From NCBI GenBank assembly GCA_965231155.1, contig OZ246418.1, forward strand, positions 42,266 to 106,265: a DNA stretch of 64,000 nt, written 5' to 3'. The DNA is from an uncultured Candidatus Saccharibacteria bacterium. GTDB taxonomy: Bacteria > Patescibacteriota > Minisyncoccia > UBA6257 > 2-01-FULL-56-20. Below, one piece after another: positions 19,828 through 30,594 of this stretch; the stretch's first letter is position 1; each line of letters starts with the position of its first letter. The position numbers and the translations under genes are program-made. Under the pieces are notes generated by a model. It was not told where the DNA came from, did no database searches, and saw only the letters and a list, made by a program, of their open reading frames with translations.

Positions 19828-19854
19828 AGTCCCTACATCTTACGATGTGGGACT
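19828..19854. terminator. Hairpin between convergent pyrG and a small ORF
   Basis: AGTCCCTACATC-TTAC-GATGTGGGACT. Confidence 0.6.
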
Positions 19855-20119
19855 AAAATTGTTCGGGCGAACCTGCGCTCCCGGAATCTTGGGACGGCCA
19901 GAGCATGGAAATCCCGTTCAGACTCACGAGTGCGCCGACAGCTCCGAGAAAAAACATGCTACTCACATAGCCTTTGAGCATGAAGCTACCACCAATAGCC
20001 ACGTAGGTCATCGAAACTAGCTTCGAATCCTTGCTCAAGATACCGATCTTTTCGAGTAGGAGTACCCCAGCTCCAGCGAACCCAATTGGTAGCACGACAT
20101 AATAGTCTGCCCAATTCAT
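19853..20119 (-). CDS. Small membrane hypothetical protein
   Basis: Three hydrophobic segments; AAGGAGG Shine-Dalgarno before the ATG. Confidence 0.65.
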   Translation of the reverse strand: MNWADYYVVLPIGFAGAGVLLLEKIGILSKDSKLVSMTYVAIGGSFMLKGYVSSMFFLGAVGALVSLNGISMLWPSQDSGSAGSPEQF

Positions 20120-20172
20120 AGATCCTCCTTTCAGAATCTGACTGAATTATATTCAGCTAGGGAGTACGTGTC

Positions 20173-20204
20173 AAAAAAATACCAGCGGTTAGGCTGGTAT
20201 TTTT
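20173..20204 (-). terminator. Intrinsic terminator overlapping the rplU stop
   Basis: AAAAATACCAGC / GCTGGTATTTTT perfect stem followed by a T-run on the minus strand. Confidence 0.7.
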
Positions 20205-20503
20205 GTAATTTCTACTTCGGTGAATGGTTGGCGATGACCCTTGCGACGACGCAAGCGAGTCTTTGAGTGATATTTGAAAATAAGCTTCTTTACTCCCCGG
20301 CCTTCAGAGACTACCTTTGCGGCAACGGTTGTTTTGAGGTATGGAGTGCCCACCTCAACCTTGTCGCCATCCGCCACCAGCAGTACTTTATCAAAAGAAA
20401 CCTCGCCGCCAGTAGTGGTTTCGAGCTTCTCGATCTTCAGTTTTTCGCCAGAGACAATCTTATACTGCTTGCCCCCAGTCTCAATAATTGCAAATTGTGC
20501 CAT
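20189..20503 (-). CDS. rplU: 50S ribosomal protein L21
   Basis: FAIIETGGKQYK...GHRQPFT. Confidence 0.97.
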   Translation of the reverse strand: MAQFAIIETGGKQYKIVSGEKLKIEKLETTTGGEVSFDKVLLVADGDKVEVGTPYLKTTVAAKVVSEGRGVKKLIFKYHSKTRLRRRKGHRQPFTEVEITKIPA

Positions 20504-20504
20504 A

Positions 20505-20873
20505 TCAATTGACAGTGATAATAGCCCGAAAGGCGACAAAAAGCAAGATGGCCAGGCCTAAAGTAACCGCAGCCACGAACTTCCCCCAAAACCAGTCCCT
20601 ATCCTCCAGTTCTATGGCAATGAAATAGTTACTTATAACAATTACTAAACCAATCAAGCCATACCCCTCTAACTGCCAGAGACTTCCGAACTGATCGATG
20701 CCACTCTTCGTGAAATGAAGGACCAAAGGATCACTCTCGCCCCGAAGGAAGAAAAAAGCCAACCCCTGCGCAAGGAGAATTAACGCAAAGGCTGAACCAC
20801 AAAGCATATTAATCAAAGGATACCCCTGAGCTTTTTTCGCAAAGTCACTCAGTCGTTTTTTTTGTTTGATCAT
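20505..20873 (-). CDS. Hypothetical membrane protein (DUF1648-like)
   Basis: 3 TM segments with a LHF...GID..G loop. Confidence 0.6.
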   Translation of the reverse strand: MIKQKKRLSDFAKKAQGYPLINMLCGSAFALILLAQGLAFFFLRGESDPLVLHFTKSGIDQFGSLWQLEGYGLIGLVIVISNYFIAIELEDRDWFWGKFVAAVTLGLAILLFVAFRAIITVN

Positions 20874-21865
20874 CGTGAAGACTTGAGAAAAGCTGCTACC
20901 GCATCCGGATCGGCAGTATTAATATCTACGCCCGTGGACAACTCAAAACCTGCCGACGTCGAGAGCTGAGGGAATATCTCCATATGCCAGTGGTAGTAGT
21001 GATATTTATCCTGATTTTTGAGTGGTGAAGTGTGAATGAAAAAATTCAGATCTGGGTCATGGAGCTTTTTCCTAATAATAGCGAGACTTTTCTGTAGCAA
21101 GTCGGTCACTCCAGCTAATACTTGAGGCGAAGAACGTTCGAAATATGATAAATGTTTCTTAGGGAAAAGCCTTATCTCGTATGATCGACGAGACACATAG
21201 GGAGCCATTACAATTGCCTCTTCGTTTTCTAAAATGATTCTCTTTCCGATCTTCTTTTCATAAGTCAACATTTCGCAGTGGATACAGGCCTTATTCTTTT
21301 CATAGTATCGCTCTGAACCACTCAGTGAGTGATGAATGTCTGGTGGCACAATCGGTAGCGAAAGAATCTGATAATGCGGATGATAGACGGAAGCCCCAGC
21401 CTTCGGACCCCAGTTAAAAAAGGCAGAGGTATATACAATGCAAGGATCGTCAACAAGTTGCTGATAGCGCATCTGCAGTATTTCTAGTACTTCTCGAGCA
21501 TGTGCCGGAGTAAGCATCGAAATATTTTTATTGTGATCACGTGTAATAATGAGATCGTGATGCCCAATCCCCGTCCTCGCCGCATACGGTCCATCCTTAA
21601 AAACCTCTGAACACTGCTCAATATGGTTCAAGGCGGGAAAACGATTCGGGATAACAATCACTCGCCATTTCCTAGATTTTGGCAAACTTAAAATCGGTGG
21701 CCAGTTAGAAGCCAGAGATAATCTCTTCTCTTCGAAAGGACAGGTATCACGAGAAGCCGGCTTACGCTTTTCCTTCCCCTTACCAAACTCAGAAGGTCGA
21801 GCAGCTCGCTCTGGAGACATGAGTATCCAGTCTCCAGAAACAGGATCTTGTCGAAATTCACTCAT
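20870..21865 (-). CDS. galT: Galactose-1-phosphate uridylyltransferase (GalT/HIT family)
   Basis: RAARP, CPF, PNRFPAL, N.G..AGASVYHPHYQ, HWHMEI. Confidence 0.9.
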   Translation of the reverse strand: MSEFRQDPVSGDWILMSPERAARPSEFGKGKEKRKPASRDTCPFEEKRLSLASNWPPILSLPKSRKWRVIVIPNRFPALNHIEQCSEVFKDGPYAARTGIGHHDLIITRDHNKNISMLTPAHAREVLEILQMRYQQLVDDPCIVYTSAFFNWGPKAGASVYHPHYQILSLPIVPPDIHHSLSGSERYYEKNKACIHCEMLTYEKKIGKRIILENEEAIVMAPYVSRRSYEIRLFPKKHLSYFERSSPQVLAGVTDLLQKSLAIIRKKLHDPDLNFFIHTSPLKNQDKYHYYHWHMEIFPQLSTSAGFELSTGVDINTADPDAVAAFLKSSR

Positions 21866-21894
21866 GAATAGTTAGGATAAAAAATCTAGATGAA

Positions 21895-23799
21895 TCAATC
21901 TTTCGGGGGTCTGACTGTTTCTTTCCCCATCTTATGTAGATAGTACCACTCGAAAACATCTTTGGCGATTGGCAGGGCGTTCAAGCTCCCCTGTTTCGCA
22001 TTCTCTACCAGCACCAGAATAGCTATTTCCGGTTTCTCTATCGGAGCATACCCCACAAAGAAAGCGTTCTCGGCGCGATTGTTATTAATCTGAGCCGTTC
22101 CCGTTTTTCCTGCAACTTTTATAGGCAACTTCACCAAACTGTAACTTGATCCTATGGGCGAAGTCACCGCTAACTCCATTCCTTTCTGGGCCCAGCGAAT
22201 CTCCGGACCAAGATACGTTAGATCTTTCATCACTTCAGGTTCCAGCTCAGCTGAAAAATGAGGACGGTAGAGCGTCCCACCATTCGCCATGGCGGCAATA
22301 TAATTCAGAAGTTGAATTGGGGTGACCTGAAGATCTCCCTGGCCGATACTCACATTATACGTATCACCCAAAGTCCACGGTCGGTTCCGACGAGCCTGCG
22401 ACTCATCTGGTTCGGGAAGCTTGCCCTTGGCCTCACCCACAAAATCAACGCCGGTTAATTTACCTAATCCGAAAACATCCCACCACGCAAGCAGGTGCCC
22501 AATACCCAAACCTTTGATATCACCGAAACCACCGCCCACCTCATAGAAATAAACATTCGAAGACTGAGCAATGGCCGACATTACATTCACATACCCTTGA
22601 GGTCGCCAGTCTAAGAACCGAGAAGGCTTAGAAGGATTATAGGGGTTAGGAATATCGAGATATCCAGGAGAGTAGATAGTTCTCTGAGGCGTAATCACCT
22701 TCTCCTTTAAGGCCGCAACGGCCACCAACGGCTTTATAGTTGAACCAGGACTATAGAATCCAGAAATGACTCGGTTAAAAAAAGGATGGAAAGGCGAATT
22801 GAATATTTCTTGTTTCTCTTTGTTTCTCCCAGGAGAGGAGAGGATATTGTTATCATATGTTGGAAGACTGACCATAGCTAAGATCTCTCCATTTTGAGGA
22901 TTCATAATGAGGCCAGCGCCAGACTGCCGACCAAGAGACTGTAAACCGCTCACCATCCGATTATAAAAATACCGCTGTAGATCGCTATCAATAGTGAGCC
23001 TAAGTGTCTTTCCAGAAACGGGCGGTACTGACTCGGCCTGGTTCAAAGCAGTCCCCCGAGCATCCCGACGCTCAGCCCGATATCCATTCACTCCTCTGAG
23101 ATAGTCGTCATAGTAAGCTTCAATACCTACCTTACCAACCAAGAACTCATTCTTCAGCTTCGGATTTTTTTCTAAGCTCACGGCATCAACCCGGCCAGTA
23201 TAGCCAACAATAGAAGAAAAGATGGGGCCACCAACATAATGACGCTTAAATCCAGACTGCACAGTCACGGGCAAGTTCGGATGAGTTTCGAAGGCAACAA
23301 TCTGTGCTTCATCTAATGCTTCGGAAAGTAAGATCTGATCTTTTTCTTTTTCCAGTCCTTCCACAATCTGATTTTCAATTTCTGCGATGGGAAGATTAAT
23401 TATTCCACTAATCCCCTCGAGAATAGCCTGCTGATCAGAAGTTGGCGCCAGAAAATCTTTCACTCGCAAAAAGGCAAGAAAACTGGGCGCGTTATCAACT
23501 AAGACTACGCCATTCCGATCAGTAATCACTCCCCGAGGAGCAGGATCAATTTTCCTTGCTTCCAAATTAGATTTTGCCCGTACTGAATAATCTTCATAAG
23601 AGAATGGTCCTAAAAATATCACCCGCCCTACCACAATAGTAAGCACTAACACTACCCAAAAACCAAGAACAACAAAAACTCGATTGCGAAGTGGCACTTC
23701 AACGAGTCCAAAACTCCCCAGCGACTCAGTCGCGGAGAGGTCTTCAAAAGCAAAATCAAAATCTGATTTTCTAGAAAAACGCTTCATATGGCTCAGCAT
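21895..23799 (-). CDS. mrdA: Penicillin-binding protein 2
   Basis: APRG.I.DRNG, PGSTIK (SxxK), SSNVYF (SxN), GKTGTAQ; follows mreBCD. Confidence 0.9.
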   Translation of the reverse strand: MLSHMKRFSRKSDFDFAFEDLSATESLGSFGLVEVPLRNRVFVVLGFWVVLVLTIVVGRVIFLGPFSYEDYSVRAKSNLEARKIDPAPRGVITDRNGVVLVDNAPSFLAFLRVKDFLAPTSDQQAILEGISGIINLPIAEIENQIVEGLEKEKDQILLSEALDEAQIVAFETHPNLPVTVQSGFKRHYVGGPIFSSIVGYTGRVDAVSLEKNPKLKNEFLVGKVGIEAYYDDYLRGVNGYRAERRDARGTALNQAESVPPVSGKTLRLTIDSDLQRYFYNRMVSGLQSLGRQSGAGLIMNPQNGEILAMVSLPTYDNNILSSPGRNKEKQEIFNSPFHPFFNRVISGFYSPGSTIKPLVAVAALKEKVITPQRTIYSPGYLDIPNPYNPSKPSRFLDWRPQGYVNVMSAIAQSSNVYFYEVGGGFGDIKGLGIGHLLAWWDVFGLGKLTGVDFVGEAKGKLPEPDESQARRNRPWTLGDTYNVSIGQGDLQVTPIQLLNYIAAMANGGTLYRPHFSAELEPEVMKDLTYLGPEIRWAQKGMELAVTSPIGSSYSLVKLPIKVAGKTGTAQINNNRAENAFFVGYAPIEKPEIAILVLVENAKQGSLNALPIAKDVFEWYYLHKMGKETVRPPKD

Positions 23800-24224
23800 T
23801 AAATGTATACCAGGAAGCCGTGTACGCAAATACTGACTAATAGACTCATTACAAGAATCTCAAAAAGAAAAAGAGGGGCCGTGAAAAATGCTATCCCTAC
23901 AGTTCCAAGATAAAATAGGCTCACCCCTAGGCTGGCGAGCAAAGGAGAAAGTAAGGGAGAATGCCCTAACACAAATAGTCGCAAAAAGTGACTAAAAGAG
24001 ACTATCACTAAGATTGTAATCAACTCCACAGAGATGACAGGACCGGCCACTACAAGAAATCCACAAAGTGTAAGAATTAATAGATTGATAATTGGAATCC
24101 CCCCCGAAAGAGCAATCAGGCCCATGAGTAAAAGATCGGGCGCATAACCAGACCAGAGAACCATCTTCAACTGAAGGAGTGCGAGGAGAATGGTGAGGAA
24201 AAGTAATATAAAGCCTTTCTTCAT
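23799..24224 (-). CDS. mreD: MreD-like membrane protein
   Basis: Hydrophobic ORF with PDLLL, located between mreC and mrdA. Confidence 0.55.
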   Translation of the reverse strand: MKKGFILLFLTILLALLQLKMVLWSGYAPDLLLMGLIALSGGIPIINLLILTLCGFLVVAGPVISVELITILVIVSFSHFLRLFVLGHSPLLSPLLASLGVSLFYLGTVGIAFFTAPLFLFEILVMSLLVSICVHGFLVYI

Positions 24225-24913
24225 ATCTCAGATTCAACGACAACCTTCAGTAGGTTATTAATATCATACGGAAATTCGATATCAGCTTCCCTGAAAAGTT
24301 GATCGGAAGAAAGGCGAACCTCTCTAAGGCGCCCGATGACGGCGCCATATGGCATTTCAGGAGCAGCGCTCACAATAATATCGCCGGGAGATACTTTCGA
24401 TTCTTTTGGGAGAGTGGTAATTATTGGACTGAGCCCCCCAACGAATAACCCTGATGTTTTTTGATTACCAATTCGAACTGCACTTTTAAAATTATGATCG
24501 AAGACTGTCTTTACAAAACTTTTCGTAGCGGTTGTCTTTGAAATCGTACCAACAAAAAATATACCCGATGAAGATGGTTTTCTTTCAGTTCCGCTTAAAA
24601 ACGCCATAACAGCCGCTCCCTCTTTCACGCCACCACGAGTACCTTTGTCGATAATTAACTCGTGCTTAAAGTTAAGCGGATAGTGCGAGTATACATTCGC
24701 AACAATACCCTCGACACCTGAGACGCGATCGTCATTTTTCATTAACTGATTCTTAAGATAGGCGTTCTCGCCTCGTAGCAGATCAATCTCGTCCTGCACT
24801 GGACTCAGTTGTTGGCCAAAACTATGAAACCGCCAGAGCGTATTTGGAGACCAGGCAACGAGAATAACAAGGAGAATGAGAAAGGCTCCTGGAAGCCAGC
24901 CGTATTCTCTCAT
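24221..24913 (-). CDS. mreC: Rod shape-determining protein MreC
   Basis: TM + coiled coil (ENAYLK), IDKG..GV..G, GDIIVS, P.G..IG. Confidence 0.85.
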   Translation of the reverse strand: MREYGWLPGAFLILLVILVAWSPNTLWRFHSFGQQLSPVQDEIDLLRGENAYLKNQLMKNDDRVSGVEGIVANVYSHYPLNFKHELIIDKGTRGGVKEGAAVMAFLSGTERKPSSSGIFFVGTISKTTATKSFVKTVFDHNFKSAVRIGNQKTSGLFVGGLSPIITTLPKESKVSPGDIIVSAAPEMPYGAVIGRLREVRLSSDQLFREADIEFPYDINNLLKVVVESEI

Positions 24914-25974
24914 GAAACGCGAATTTCTAACGCTCTTTGAGGGTTATCGAAAAGTGGACGATTTTGATCGATATCCTCGATTAACTGACCCAAACCACGA
25001 GCCACACACAACAATGGATCCTCAACAACTACCGTTTTCACTGACGTCTCTTTCTCAATCAGTCGATCCAGACCCCACAGAAGTGCCCCGCCACCACAAA
25101 GGTGGATACCACGCTCTAAGAGATCGCCGGCCAGTTCCGGAGGAGTTGACTCAATCACTTCCTCGACGCTCTCAACGATGGTTTTCAAGGAACGTTGGAG
25201 AGCTGTTCTCACCTGAGAACTTTTCATTACCACCTCCCGAGGAAGACCAGTTGAAACATCTCGTCCCTTAATAGAAAGCTCGTGTTGTCCTCCGGGCCGA
25301 TGCTCTCCTGGAAGAGCCGAACCAACCATCATTTTTGCCAACTCAGCAGTTGGTTCACCAATAATCAACTTAAACTCGTCTCGAACAAAACGAATAATAT
25401 CATCGTTGAACTTATCCCCCGCAGTCTTCAAAGTCTTCGAGATAACCATACCGCCCATAGAAATAACAGCGATATCGGTGGTGCCTCCACCGATATCAAC
25501 TATCAGACTGGCGGTTGGTGAGTAGATAGGAAGATTTGCCCCAAGTGCGGCGGCGACTGGCGAATCTACTAGATATACCCGAGAGCAACCAGAGTTTAAG
25601 GCGGCATCCTCTACGGACTTTCGTTCTACTTCAGTCAGTCCGTCGGGAATGGCGAGCACTGCACGACGAAATCCAAAAGAAAATCCCTGACTAAATCGTT
25701 TGAAAAAATGACGCAAAAGTTCCTGAGTCATCTCAAAATCAGAAATCACGCCATTCACTAGTGGTCGGATGACTTCGATATGTCCCGGAGTTCGCGCCAG
25801 CATCTTTTTGGCATCATCGCCAACCGCCACAATCTGATTTGCTTTTCGATTAATCGCCGTGACCGATGGTTCGTTCACCACCACACCTCTTCCCTTCACG
25901 TAGATCACGACGTTCGCGGTGCCAAGATCGATACCTATATCGGTGAAAAAATAGTTTAAATAATTCCGAGACAT
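24910..25974 (-). CDS. mreB: Rod shape-determining protein MreB
   Basis: IGIDLGTAN, EPSV, VDIGGGTTD, GGGALL. Confidence 0.95.
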   Translation of the reverse strand: MSRNYLNYFFTDIGIDLGTANVVIYVKGRGVVVNEPSVTAINRKANQIVAVGDDAKKMLARTPGHIEVIRPLVNGVISDFEMTQELLRHFFKRFSQGFSFGFRRAVLAIPDGLTEVERKSVEDAALNSGCSRVYLVDSPVAAALGANLPIYSPTASLIVDIGGGTTDIAVISMGGMVISKTLKTAGDKFNDDIIRFVRDEFKLIIGEPTAELAKMMVGSALPGEHRPGGQHELSIKGRDVSTGLPREVVMKSSQVRTALQRSLKTIVESVEEVIESTPPELAGDLLERGIHLCGGGALLWGLDRLIEKETSVKTVVVEDPLLCVARGLGQLIEDIDQNRPLFDNPQRALEIRVS

Positions 25975-25994
25975 ATTCTTTTGAGAAACCAAGA

Positions 25995-27221
25995 CTACTC
26001 TCCCTTAATCAATTTTAAAGCTTCTTCGTACGAAACAATTTGCACCTCCTCGCTATTCCGTTTTTTTAGTTCCACTTTATCTCCCAGTTTCGGACTGACG
26101 ACTGCTCGCCAGGGTAGACCAATAAGATCGGCATCGGCGAACTTTTCTCCCGCACTGACCTCTCTGTCGTCATAGAGTACTTCAACGCTCGCAGCTTGTA
26201 AATCTGCATAAAAATCCTCTCCCGAAGCCCCGCCAAGCGCGAGAATATGCACCTTAAATGGAGCCACCGATTCTGGCCAGATAATGCCCTTCTCATCGTG
26301 CCACTTCTCCACAATCACACCCATTAATCGGGAGATACCAATACCATAGCAACCCATAATCACTTCTTTTTCTGAACCATCCTGGTCTTTGTAGGTGAGA
26401 TTAAACGGTGCCGAGTACTTAGTTTTTAGTTTGAAGATATTCCCCACTTCGGCGGCCACATCTTCTTTTAAGTCAGTCGTTCCGCATGAAGGACAGGTTG
26501 ATTGCTCTTCGATAATTTCTTTGTTGATTGCGATCTTGCAGGACTGACAGATATAGATAGTATCCTCACCGGCCGAAGTGAGTGTCTGGAACTCGTGAGA
26601 GTATTTGGCAAAAGTGCCTCCTGATGCAAAGGTAAAATATGTCGACTCTCCTAGGCCCACCGCTTCATAGATGCGAGTATACGCCTCTCTCACTTTTTCA
26701 TAATACTCATCGAGATCGGTTTCGTTCGTATGGAAAGAATAGAGGTCTTTCATTAAGAATTCACGACCACGAAGCAATCCAGACTTGGCACGCTTCTCAT
26801 CGCGGAACTTAGTCTGTACCTGAAAGACGTATTTTGGTAAATCCTGATAAGAAAGAATACTTCGTTTACCCAGTGGCGAGACAATTTCTTCGTGAGTCGG
26901 TCCAAGCGCATACTCGCTTTGTGAGTAGTGACTCGTGAACCGGAATAACGTGTCATAAGTTTCCCATCGTCCAGTTGTCTCCCAGTTCGTTTTTGACTGC
27001 AATGCCGGCATCAAAATTTCCTGGCCTCCGACTGCCTCAATTTCTGTGCGAACAATATTTTCAATATTTCTTAAAGTCCTCAAACCTAATGGTAAAAAAG
27101 TGTAGACACCAGCCATCAACTTATCGACGAAACCAGCGCGCATCAATAACTGCGCATTTAAAGCCAACTCATCCTTCGGAGCCTGTCGTTCTGTTTTTGA
27201 AAAAAGTGTGGACTGTCGCAT
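25995..27221 (-). CDS. proS: Proline--tRNA ligase (short form, no editing insertion)
   Basis: LGPTHEE, KFRDEKR..GLLRGREFLMKD, MGCYGIG.SR. Confidence 0.95.
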   Translation of the reverse strand: MRQSTLFSKTERQAPKDELALNAQLLMRAGFVDKLMAGVYTFLPLGLRTLRNIENIVRTEIEAVGGQEILMPALQSKTNWETTGRWETYDTLFRFTSHYSQSEYALGPTHEEIVSPLGKRSILSYQDLPKYVFQVQTKFRDEKRAKSGLLRGREFLMKDLYSFHTNETDLDEYYEKVREAYTRIYEAVGLGESTYFTFASGGTFAKYSHEFQTLTSAGEDTIYICQSCKIAINKEIIEEQSTCPSCGTTDLKEDVAAEVGNIFKLKTKYSAPFNLTYKDQDGSEKEVIMGCYGIGISRLMGVIVEKWHDEKGIIWPESVAPFKVHILALGGASGEDFYADLQAASVEVLYDDREVSAGEKFADADLIGLPWRAVVSPKLGDKVELKKRNSEEVQIVSYEEALKLIKGE

Positions 27222-27284
27222 GAATACTAGGGTATCACGCGAGGCTAGGCTTGGCAAAAACTGATTTCCTCGTAATAGGAGAAG

Positions 27285-27887
27285 TTAGGAGAAATCTCTG
27301 AGTAGAATCTCCCTCGCTCTTCGCAATGCCTGACCACGATGACTCACACTATTCTTCTCTTCAAAAGTAGCCTGAGCCCCTGTCTTTTTTAAGACACTAC
27401 TATAAAACACCGGGTCATAGCCAAAGCCATTTATGCCAACTGGTTCTCTGACGATGACCCCTTCGTACGAACCCTCACAAGTCCTCACTTTATCGTTTTC
27501 TGGATTATAGATCGCTACCACTGCTCGAAAACGCGCTGTCCTTTTTTCATCTGGGATATCTTTCAGTTCTTCTAAAAGTTTTCTGTAACGATCCTCGTCT
27601 GTGCCTGGAGCGTACCGAGCAGTATAGACTCCGGGCCGACCATTCAACGCATCGACTTCCAAACCAGCATCTTCGGCCAGAGTTAAAAGGCCAGTCTTTT
27701 TTCCAATGGTCATAGCTTTAACAATGGCGTTTCCTTCAAAGGTCATGCCGGGTTCTTCCACTTCATAGCCGGGAGGGAGGCCGGAAATATTATTTAAACT
27801 TAAAAATTCGAAAGGGAGATCTTTTAAAAGCGCCACAATCTCTGGAAATTTTCCCTGATTCCGCGTGGCAATTAAAAGTTGCTTCAT
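27285..27887 (-). CDS. rdgB: Non-canonical purine NTP pyrophosphatase
   Basis: ATRN.GK, EDAGLEVDAL.GRPG, GFGYDP.F, KN.VSHRG. Confidence 0.93.
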   Translation of the reverse strand: MKQLLIATRNQGKFPEIVALLKDLPFEFLSLNNISGLPPGYEVEEPGMTFEGNAIVKAMTIGKKTGLLTLAEDAGLEVDALNGRPGVYTARYAPGTDEDRYRKLLEELKDIPDEKRTARFRAVVAIYNPENDKVRTCEGSYEGVIVREPVGINGFGYDPVFYSSVLKKTGAQATFEEKNSVSHRGQALRRAREILLRDFS

Positions 27888-27893
27888 ACCAAA

Positions 27894-28988
27894 CTACAGC
27901 AAAAGAAACTTATCAAGGAAAAATACGACCAGTCCCAAACCACAAGCCAAGGCTGAAATAATCCAAAAACGCATAGTAATCTTCGACTCATGCCAACCGA
28001 CTGCCTCAAAGTGATGATGGAGTGGCGTGGATATAAAAATCTTTTTCTTAAATAGCTTTTTACTGGCGATCTGCACTAATACCGAAATCGACTCAACGAC
28101 AGGAATAAACATGAAAAGTGGAAGAAGTAACGTAGTGTTAGTTAGCATGGCAATCACTCCTAAGGTGATACCCAGCGACATCGAGCCAGTGTCTCCCATA
28201 AACAACTTTGCCGGAAAAATGTTGTGCCAAAGAAATGCCAATAGGCTTCCCATCATTACCCCACCGAATGCTGCGAGGTGATACCGACCAAGCACAAAGG
28301 CAACTGTCGTTAAGGCACCGAACGCAAACAAAGAAACACCGCCCAGGAGACCATCAAGACCATCCGTCTCGTTCGCTGAAAAAGCTGAAGCAATAATAAT
28401 GAAAATAAAAAGTGGGATATACCAAGGACCAATCTCGAAGGTGCCAAACAAAGGAATCGCAATCTGACTAATCCCTAAACGCACATAAAACCACCAAGCC
28501 CCCACAAGCGCGATGACTGCATAAAGCACAAGTTTATAGCGAATTTTTACTCCGCCACCATCTGTGCCAATTCTCATCACACCAAGGCCATCATCAATAA
28601 GTCCCAGCACCGCAGCGATGAATAAAGTGGCGAGAGGAAGATAAGTTTCTCCTCGATCGATAAAATTAATAAAAGAAAATTGTGGCCATAAATGTCCAAA
28701 CAAAATGTCTAGTACCGCAAAAATAAGTGCCAAAGAGATGACTGTTCCCCAGATGACCACTCCACCAGCGGTTGGCGTACCCGCCTTTTTCTGATGAAGC
28801 CCGTGAAACACAGGAGCATTTTCCGGAGGTCGAATCTGCTTCCCAATATGATATTTATTCAGAATCTTAAACCAAGCTGGAGTTATAAAAAGAGTAACGA
28901 TAAAAGCCACTGCCATAAGTCCAATGATCCGAATGGATTCAAGAGGAATGAGTAAACGAGTGATACCAGTAAAATTCTCAGGACTCAT
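27894..28988 (-). CDS. mraY: Phospho-N-acetylmuramoyl-pentapeptide transferase
   Basis: KAGTPTAGG, GLIDD, NETDGLDGL, FMGDTGS, PLHHHFE. Confidence 0.95.
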   Translation of the reverse strand: MSPENFTGITRLLIPLESIRIIGLMAVAFIVTLFITPAWFKILNKYHIGKQIRPPENAPVFHGLHQKKAGTPTAGGVVIWGTVISLALIFAVLDILFGHLWPQFSFINFIDRGETYLPLATLFIAAVLGLIDDGLGVMRIGTDGGGVKIRYKLVLYAVIALVGAWWFYVRLGISQIAIPLFGTFEIGPWYIPLFIFIIIASAFSANETDGLDGLLGGVSLFAFGALTTVAFVLGRYHLAAFGGVMMGSLLAFLWHNIFPAKLFMGDTGSMSLGITLGVIAMLTNTTLLLPLFMFIPVVESISVLVQIASKKLFKKKIFISTPLHHHFEAVGWHESKITMRFWIISALACGLGLVVFFLDKFLLL

Positions 28989-28996
28989 TTTTTTAT

Positions 28997-30046
28997 TTAT
29001 TCATAGTTTTGCTTAAACCAATCAAGAAGCGTTGAGGTGTCATCAAAACGATTAGAACTATTCAAAACTACAATCAACACCGGCCGTCTTTTCACTGAAA
29101 AAATAGAAAGGAGATTACCTCCAGCTTCGTCAATAAACCCGGTCTTGCCACCAATAAAATCAGATCGGCCTGCAAAGACATTAATGGGTAAGATACTTCG
29201 TTCCCGTTTTGATTTTTGCTCAACCACTCGAACACCAGACTGATGTGTAATATCCAAGATATCTTCATGGTGACTCACCAACTGGAAGGCCAACTTCTCC
29301 AAGTCGGTAACTGACGACTGATTCACTGGAGAAAGGCCAGAAGGATCATAATAGTAGGTCTGTGTCATTCCCCAGATCTTTGCCTGATCATTCATCTTTG
29401 AAAGAAAATCCTCTCGTCCATATGCCTGAGCGAGGGCCTCGGCTGCAGCATTGTCTGAGGCGATAAGCATAATTTCCATGAGATCGCGAACAGTGAACTC
29501 ATCCCCTGCCTTGAGTGCTCGCGTACTCGAACCTTCTTCTTTTGGAAAATTCTCTGGACTTATCGTGATGACTGTCTCTGGCGATAGAACCTTACTGGCG
29601 ATGACTGCAGTCATCAACTTCGTGATAGAAGCAATCGGCCAGTGCCGACTAATTCCCTTCTCAAGATAGTGCGTACCGCTATTCAGATCACCAACCAAAG
29701 CAATCCCTGCCTGTATTTCTGGTGGGTAGATTTCAGCACGCTGGATGAATGGTGATGTAAACGCATTCGTTGACGCAGCCAAGGCACCAACCATCAGTGC
29801 CTCCGTATTACCACCATCCTTGAGTCGGTTGCTATGAATACCCACAGCCATCTCTTTGTCAGACGTTTCGAGTGTAGGGATAGCGGCAGCCTGACTCTGA
29901 AGAGATGATAGAGAGGCGACTCCTGGATTAGTTTGTAACTTATCATTAGCAGTGATCGTCTTACCTTTTTGAGGGACCGTGTTAGCCCAAAAAGCAACAA
30001 GAACCATTACGACGAGCAAAGCAATTTTTTTATGAGTGATAATCAT
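28997..30046 (-). CDS. D-alanyl-D-alanine carboxypeptidase (peptidase S11)
   Basis: IASITKLMTA, SDN, DPSGL, GGKTGF. Confidence 0.9.
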   Translation of the reverse strand: MIITHKKIALLVVMVLVAFWANTVPQKGKTITANDKLQTNPGVASLSSLQSQAAAIPTLETSDKEMAVGIHSNRLKDGGNTEALMVGALAASTNAFTSPFIQRAEIYPPEIQAGIALVGDLNSGTHYLEKGISRHWPIASITKLMTAVIASKVLSPETVITISPENFPKEEGSSTRALKAGDEFTVRDLMEIMLIASDNAAAEALAQAYGREDFLSKMNDQAKIWGMTQTYYYDPSGLSPVNQSSVTDLEKLAFQLVSHHEDILDITHQSGVRVVEQKSKRERSILPINVFAGRSDFIGGKTGFIDEAGGNLLSIFSVKRRPVLIVVLNSSNRFDDTSTLLDWFKQNYE

Positions 30047-30057
30047 GAGCGATAAGG

Positions 30058-30594
30058 CTACCCGGAAAATGAAGCAAGAAGTTCTCGGAATTTTTCATAC
30101 TCAGGAAGTTGCACTTGTTTCTCAAGTCCTAGATGTTTCAGCGTATCAAAACTGGCCTGATATACAAAAGAATTCGCTCGGCTAGGATCCGAAGAACGCT
30201 CAACCAGTCCTCGCACTAAAAGTGAACGAAGGATGAACATAGAGTTCACTCCGCGCAGATACTCAATTCGTGTTCGAGAGATTGGTCCAAGATAAAGAAT
30301 AATAGAAAGCGTCTCAAGGCTGGCAGGAGTCAGATCTTCGCTCAACTCTTTTTTCATAAACACCTCGAGAAGTTTATGGAATTCTGGCTTGGTTACCAAC
30401 TGGACCTTGCCCTCATGACGAATCAGTCGCACACCACGCTCGGCGCGTTTTAACTCTTCTTCAAACTGATCAAGAAGCGTCTCACATTCTTCAAGTGGCA
30501 AGTTTAAAACCTCGCTCATCTTTTTCAGAGAGAGTGGTTCACCGTGTAAAAAAAGAAGGGCCTCGCATTCGGCGAGTAAATTTCTTGAGCTCAT
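30058..30594 (-). CDS. scpB: Segregation/condensation protein B
   Basis: EALLF, LETLSII.Y..PI.R..IE.LRGVNS. Confidence 0.93.
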   Translation of the reverse strand: MSSRNLLAECEALLFLHGEPLSLKKMSEVLNLPLEECETLLDQFEEELKRAERGVRLIRHEGKVQLVTKPEFHKLLEVFMKKELSEDLTPASLETLSIILYLGPISRTRIEYLRGVNSMFILRSLLVRGLVERSSDPSRANSFVYQASFDTLKHLGLEKQVQLPEYEKFRELLASFSG